In this document: positions 59,536 through 64,000 of the stretch, piece by piece | Position numbering within the stretch: position 1 is the stretch's first letter | Layout: the number at the start of each line of letters is the position of its first letter | Assembly: GCF_004010195.1 (NCBI RefSeq) | Contig: NC_057718.1 | Location: 7,732,707-7,796,706, forward strand | Direction of reading: 5' to 3' | Origin: Chiloscyllium plagiosum | Lineage: Eukaryota | DNA: 64,000 nt | Notes under the pieces: generated by a model | Databases searched by the model: none | What the model saw: only the letters and a program-made list of their open reading frames with translations | What the model was told of the DNA's origin: nothing | Made by a program: the position numbers and the translations under genes

Positions 59536-60929
59536 AACAAAAACTTCCAGCTCGGCGAACAGAACCACAGCAATGAGCACCCGAGCTACAAATCTTCTTA
59601 CAAACTTCAAATACACCTGTTGGACTTTAACCTGATTGTGTGTTTTTTGAATTTATTGAATGGAGGAGTAGGCAGAAGAGGCCTAATCCTAATTTGTACG
59701 TCTGTGGTTGAGTTCTTATCTTTCCTTGCCTCTCTTCTCACTTAAAACTTATGGTCTTATGGTCTAAAACCTGTCATATTTGCAACATTTTTCAATTGTG
59801 TTGCAAGGCCATCAAACCTGAACATTTAACTCTCTTTCTCCCTGCATTAGCCCAACCCATCAAACTGCTTTATTTTTATTTCAGTTTTCTGGCATCCTCG
59901 GTATTTTATGATTGATTGGATGAACATGGTACACGTTCAGGGATGAATGTTGGCCAAGACGCACATGAAATGCTCTTGCTTTTCTGCGAACAGTCTGTAC
60001 TTGATTAGGAAGTTAGCTTAGTGTCACATCTGAACGTGCACACCTTCGACAGTGTAGCCCACATTTAACCCTTTAATACTCAGCTAGGGGAGGTAGTCAA
60101 AGTTTGGTCTGGAATACACTGCAGAAAGGACTTTGGGAGGAGGTCCATAGAAACCTCTACGAGGGAATTGGATGAGAACCTCATGAGTAAACATACCTAA
60201 GGCATTTTATTTCTAAATCCCTGATTTAGAACTTGCCCTCTTTGTGATCTGAGTTCAGGTCAGGAACAAGGTGTCTGGATCAGCTTTGCCAATTCACTTC
60301 ATCAAAACATGGTTGGAAGTCACATGACACCAGGTTATAGTCCAATAAACCTTGGTGTCATGTGACTTATCCACCTCAGTCCAACCCTGGTGCCTCCACA
60401 TCATGTAGGAATTCGGGAATAGGAGTTCAAAAATGGGAAAGGCCAAGATGATTGAGAATCTTGAGCCACAGACTTGGGCAGGAACATTGGGATTGGGTTT
60501 CTTCCTACCCGAAAAGACAGAAGGACGATACCAATCAATGTTGCTGCCCCCTCACCCGTTTCACAGAGGTAGGACAAACAGTTCTCACACGGGCAGAGGT
60601 CCCACTATGGAGAGCTGCCAACCAATTGGATTGCTCAGCACCTCAGAAGCAGCAGCGGCATTAATGGGAACTAAAAGCAGATCCCCAATGGTGAAACCAT
60701 TAGAGGCAAGACCAGAGGGGATGAGACCTCAAGGGGTGGGGAGAGCAGGTAGAGTTCATGATGGACTGCCCAGGGATGAGGAAGGAGCCTTTGTGGGGTC
60801 ACTTCTGGTCTTCCCTTACCCCCTACCCCTTTACCGCTTACTCTAGCCTGAAAATAGAAGCCTTGTAGGAGATAACGGTGTTGTGATAATACCACTGGGC
60901 TAATAATCATAGGATTTTGAAAAAAATCA

Positions 60930-62620
60930 TTCATTGGACTTGGGGTGAGCTTGCATTTATTACCCCTCTCCAATTACCCTTGAGGAGGTGATGGTGAGCT
61001 GCCTTCTTGAACTGCTGGAGTCCATTTGTTATCGAGACACTCCCAGTGTTAACAGGGAAGGGGTTCCAGATTTTGACTCACTGACAATGAAGGAATGGTG
61101 ATATATATTTTTCTTTATTCATTCATGGAATGTGGGCATTGCTGACTGAGTCAGCATTTATTGCCTGTCCCAAGTTGCCCCTGAGAAGGTGGGGTAAGCT
61201 GCCTTTGTGAACCGCTGCAGTCCATGTGCTGTAGGTAGACCCACAATGCCCTTAAGGAGGGAATTCCAGGATTTTAACCCAGTGACAGTGAGAGAACAGT
61301 TATTTCTAAGTCAGGATGGTGAGTGGCTTGGATGAGAACCTGCAGTTGGTGGTGTTCCCAGGTATCTGTTTTCATTGTCCTTCTAGATGGAAGTGGTTAT
61401 GGATTTGGAAGGTGCTGTCTGATGGTCTTTGGTGAATTTCTGCAGTGCATCTTGTAGATAGTACACACTGCTGCAGTGTCGGTGGTGGATGGAGTGGATG
61501 TTTGTGGATGTGGTGCCAATCAAGCGGGCTGCTTTGTCCTGGATGGTGTCAAGCTTCTTGAGTGTTGTTGGAGCTGCCCTCGTCCAGGCAAGTGGGGAGT
61601 ATTCCATCACACTCCTGACTTGTCCCTTGTAGATGGTGGACAGGGTTTGGGAAGTCAAGAGGTGATTTTCTCACTGCAAAATTCCTAGCCTTTGATGTGC
61701 CTTTGTAGCCACAGTATTTACTTGGCAAGTCCATTTCAGTTTCTTGTCAACGGTAACCCCCAGGATATTGATAGTGGGACTTTCAGTGATATTAATGTCA
61801 TTGAAGGTCAAGGTTCAGTGGTTACATCTCCATCTCTTGTTGGAGATGGTCATTGTCTGGCATTTATATGGTGTGAATGTTTCCTTCTGCTTTTCAACAA
61901 TACCTAGATTGGTGAACATCCCCACTTCTGACCGTCTGATAGAGAGAAGGTCATTGATGAAGCAGCTGAAGATGGTTGGGCCGAGGACACTCCTCTGAGG
62001 AACTCCCGTAGAGATGTCCTGGAGCTGAGATTACTGACCTTCAACAATCACAACCACTTTACTTTGTGTCAAGTATGACTCCAACCGATCGAGAATTTGC
62101 CCTCCCAATACGCATTGACTTTACCTTTGATACAGCTTCTTGACACCACACAATTGTCAACTTAGCTTCGATGTCAAAGGCTATCACTCTCACTCTACGT
62201 TCAGCTCCTTGGTCCATGTTTGAATCAAGGCTGTAATGACTGCTCCTCGGATGCTGCCTGACCTGCTGTGCTTTTCCAGCACCACTCTAATCTGGACTCT
62301 GGTTTCCAGCATCTGCAGTGCTTGTTTTTACCTGGGAGCTGAGTGGCCCTGGCAGAACCCAAAATGGGCATCACTGAGCAGGTTATTGCTGAGCAGATGC
62401 TGCTTAATAGCACTGTTGATTTCACCTTCCATCACATTACTGGTGATCAAGAGTAGACTGATGGGGTGGTAATTGCCAGGTTGGATTGCTCCTGCTTTTT
62501 GAGTATAAGGCATACCTGGACAATTATCCACGTTATCAAGTAGATTCCAGCTTTGTAGCAATACTGGAACAGATTCGGTCAGGGCAAGTTCTGGAGTACA
62601 AGTCTGCAATACTATTAACC
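60930..62620 (-). mobile_element. CR1-clade LINE family 2, RT and 3' end
   Basis: NYHPISLLLITSNVME...HFGF and VRSVMEYSPLAW...LDTIQDKAARLIG; interrupted by a family A fragment at 62240-62333. Confidence 0.85.
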
Positions 62621-62624
62621 TAGA

Positions 62625-63400
62625 ACACAAAACATAGCACAGTACAGGCCCTTTGACCCTTGATGTTGTGCTGGCCTTTTATCCTACTCTAAGATTAGGC
62701 TAATTTACATACCCTTAATTTTGCTATCATCCATGTGCCTATCCAAGAGTCGCTCAAATATCCCTAATGTATCTGATTCTACTACCACTGCTGGCAGTGC
62801 ATTCCACACACCCACCACTCTGTGTAAAAAACCTACCTTCTGTCATCTCCCCTAAATCTTCCCCATCTATGCCTTTAGCACTAAGGGAGTCCCAGTCAAT
62901 TTTGCAGAAGTTAAAATCATTGGCCACAACAAACCTTCCTCCAATCACCTTAAAACCATGACCCCTTGTGACAGACATTTCCACAATGGAAAAATGTCTC
63001 TGCCTATCCACTCTATCTATGCCTCTCATCATCTTGTTCACCTCTATCAAGTCACCTCTCATCCTTCTTCGCTCCAGTGAGAAAAGCCCTAGCTCCCTCA
63101 ACCTTTCTTCATAACACATGCCCTCCAGTCCAGGCAGCATCCTGGTAAGTCTCCTCCACACCCTCTCTAAAGCTTCCTCATCTTTCCTATAATGAGGCAA
63201 TCAGAACTGAACACAATATTCCAAGTGTGGTCTAACCAGGACTCTGTGGAGCTGCAGCATAAACTTGTGGCTCTTAAGCTCAATCCCCCTGCTAATGAAA
63301 GCCAGCACACCATACTCCTTCTTAACGACCCTATCAACTTAGGTGGCAATTTTGAGGGATCTATAGACAAGGACCCCAAGGTCCCTCTGTTCCTGCACAT
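62625..63400 (-). mobile_element. CR1 LINE 3' end
   Basis: ORF 62754-63200 ALERVWRRLTRMLPGLEG...RRMRGDLIEV. Confidence 0.88.
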
Positions 63401-64000
63401 TTCCATGAGGGAACAACATCTCAGCATCTACCCTAAGACCCTAAGAAATTATACTGTAGTGCTCGCATACAGAGCTTTTCACTGCACTTAGGTACACTTA
63501 ACAACAATAAATCAACTCAAATCAAATCAAAATATGTGTTAATAAGGCCACCTCTCTTTCTTCTAAACTCCAGTGAGTACAGGCCCAACCTACTCAACCT
63601 CTCCTCATAATACAGTCCCTCCATATCGTCTGCATATTAACCTTCTCTGGACTACTCCTGATGCCAGGACATACAGTATTTTCTTGGATAAGGGGTCCAA
63701 AGCTCTCCACAGTATCCCAGGTGTGATTTGCCTGACGCTGATATAGCTCCAGCAGTACTTCACTATTACTCCAGTTCCATTGCCTCATCCTTAACCATCT
63801 CTTAAGTCTCTGTGTTGAAAAGTTCAACTGAGCCTCACCACATTTTGGAGGTGACCAACTTTCCATCTCAGTTTCTGTAAAAATTATCTTCTTAATTACT
63901 GAATGATCTAGCTCGGCTCTAATGAGGGTGTAACACTTGGAAATTGTTCCTATTTGCTTGATGAAATCCTTTAATCATTTTAAGTGCCTCAAATACAGCA

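Larger units (their letters stand above)
58721..59605. mobile_element. Penelope-like element with inverted terminal repeats, spanning an assembly gap, inserted in a family C element
   Basis: Minus strand LDVMVQRTPNGEFTTKVHRKATHTDQVLNYESNHPNTHKRSCIKTL (PLE RT thumb); inverted arms 58725-58861 / 59434-59572; TSD ttcaaata(a/c)acctg at 58707-58720 and 59606-59619. Confidence 0.88.

Overview
Vertebrate genomic DNA, almost certainly from a shark or other elasmobranch (abundant HE1-type V-SINEs and CR1/HER1-type LINEs). The first 22 kb hold the 3' end of a HIVEP/Schnurri zinc-finger transcription factor gene on the + strand, most similar to HIVEP2. Four coding exons are visible (7388-7563, 10574-10675, 12997-13934, 18779-19429), one intron is GC-AG, and a ~2.4 kb 3'UTR ends near AATAAA at 21788. 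The remaining ~42 kb show no recognisable host gene and are a dense, nested mix of retroelements: CR1 LINEs, SINEs, Gypsy LTR/integrase, L1/Tx1, Rex1/Babar and Penelope-like elements (PLEs), plus minisatellites, local duplications and two assembly gaps. The most striking signal not visible in the ORF track is a set of about 19 hammerhead-ribozyme motifs (CUGANGA-stem II-GAAA-NUH) in five sequence families with co-varying stem II. Two families sit in the terminal repeats of GIY-YIG/RT-coding PLEs. Three sit in short non-coding insertions with 9-14 bp target-site duplications, often as back-to-back palindromes. All calls are by eye; repeat boundaries are approximate and no searches or folding computations were run.
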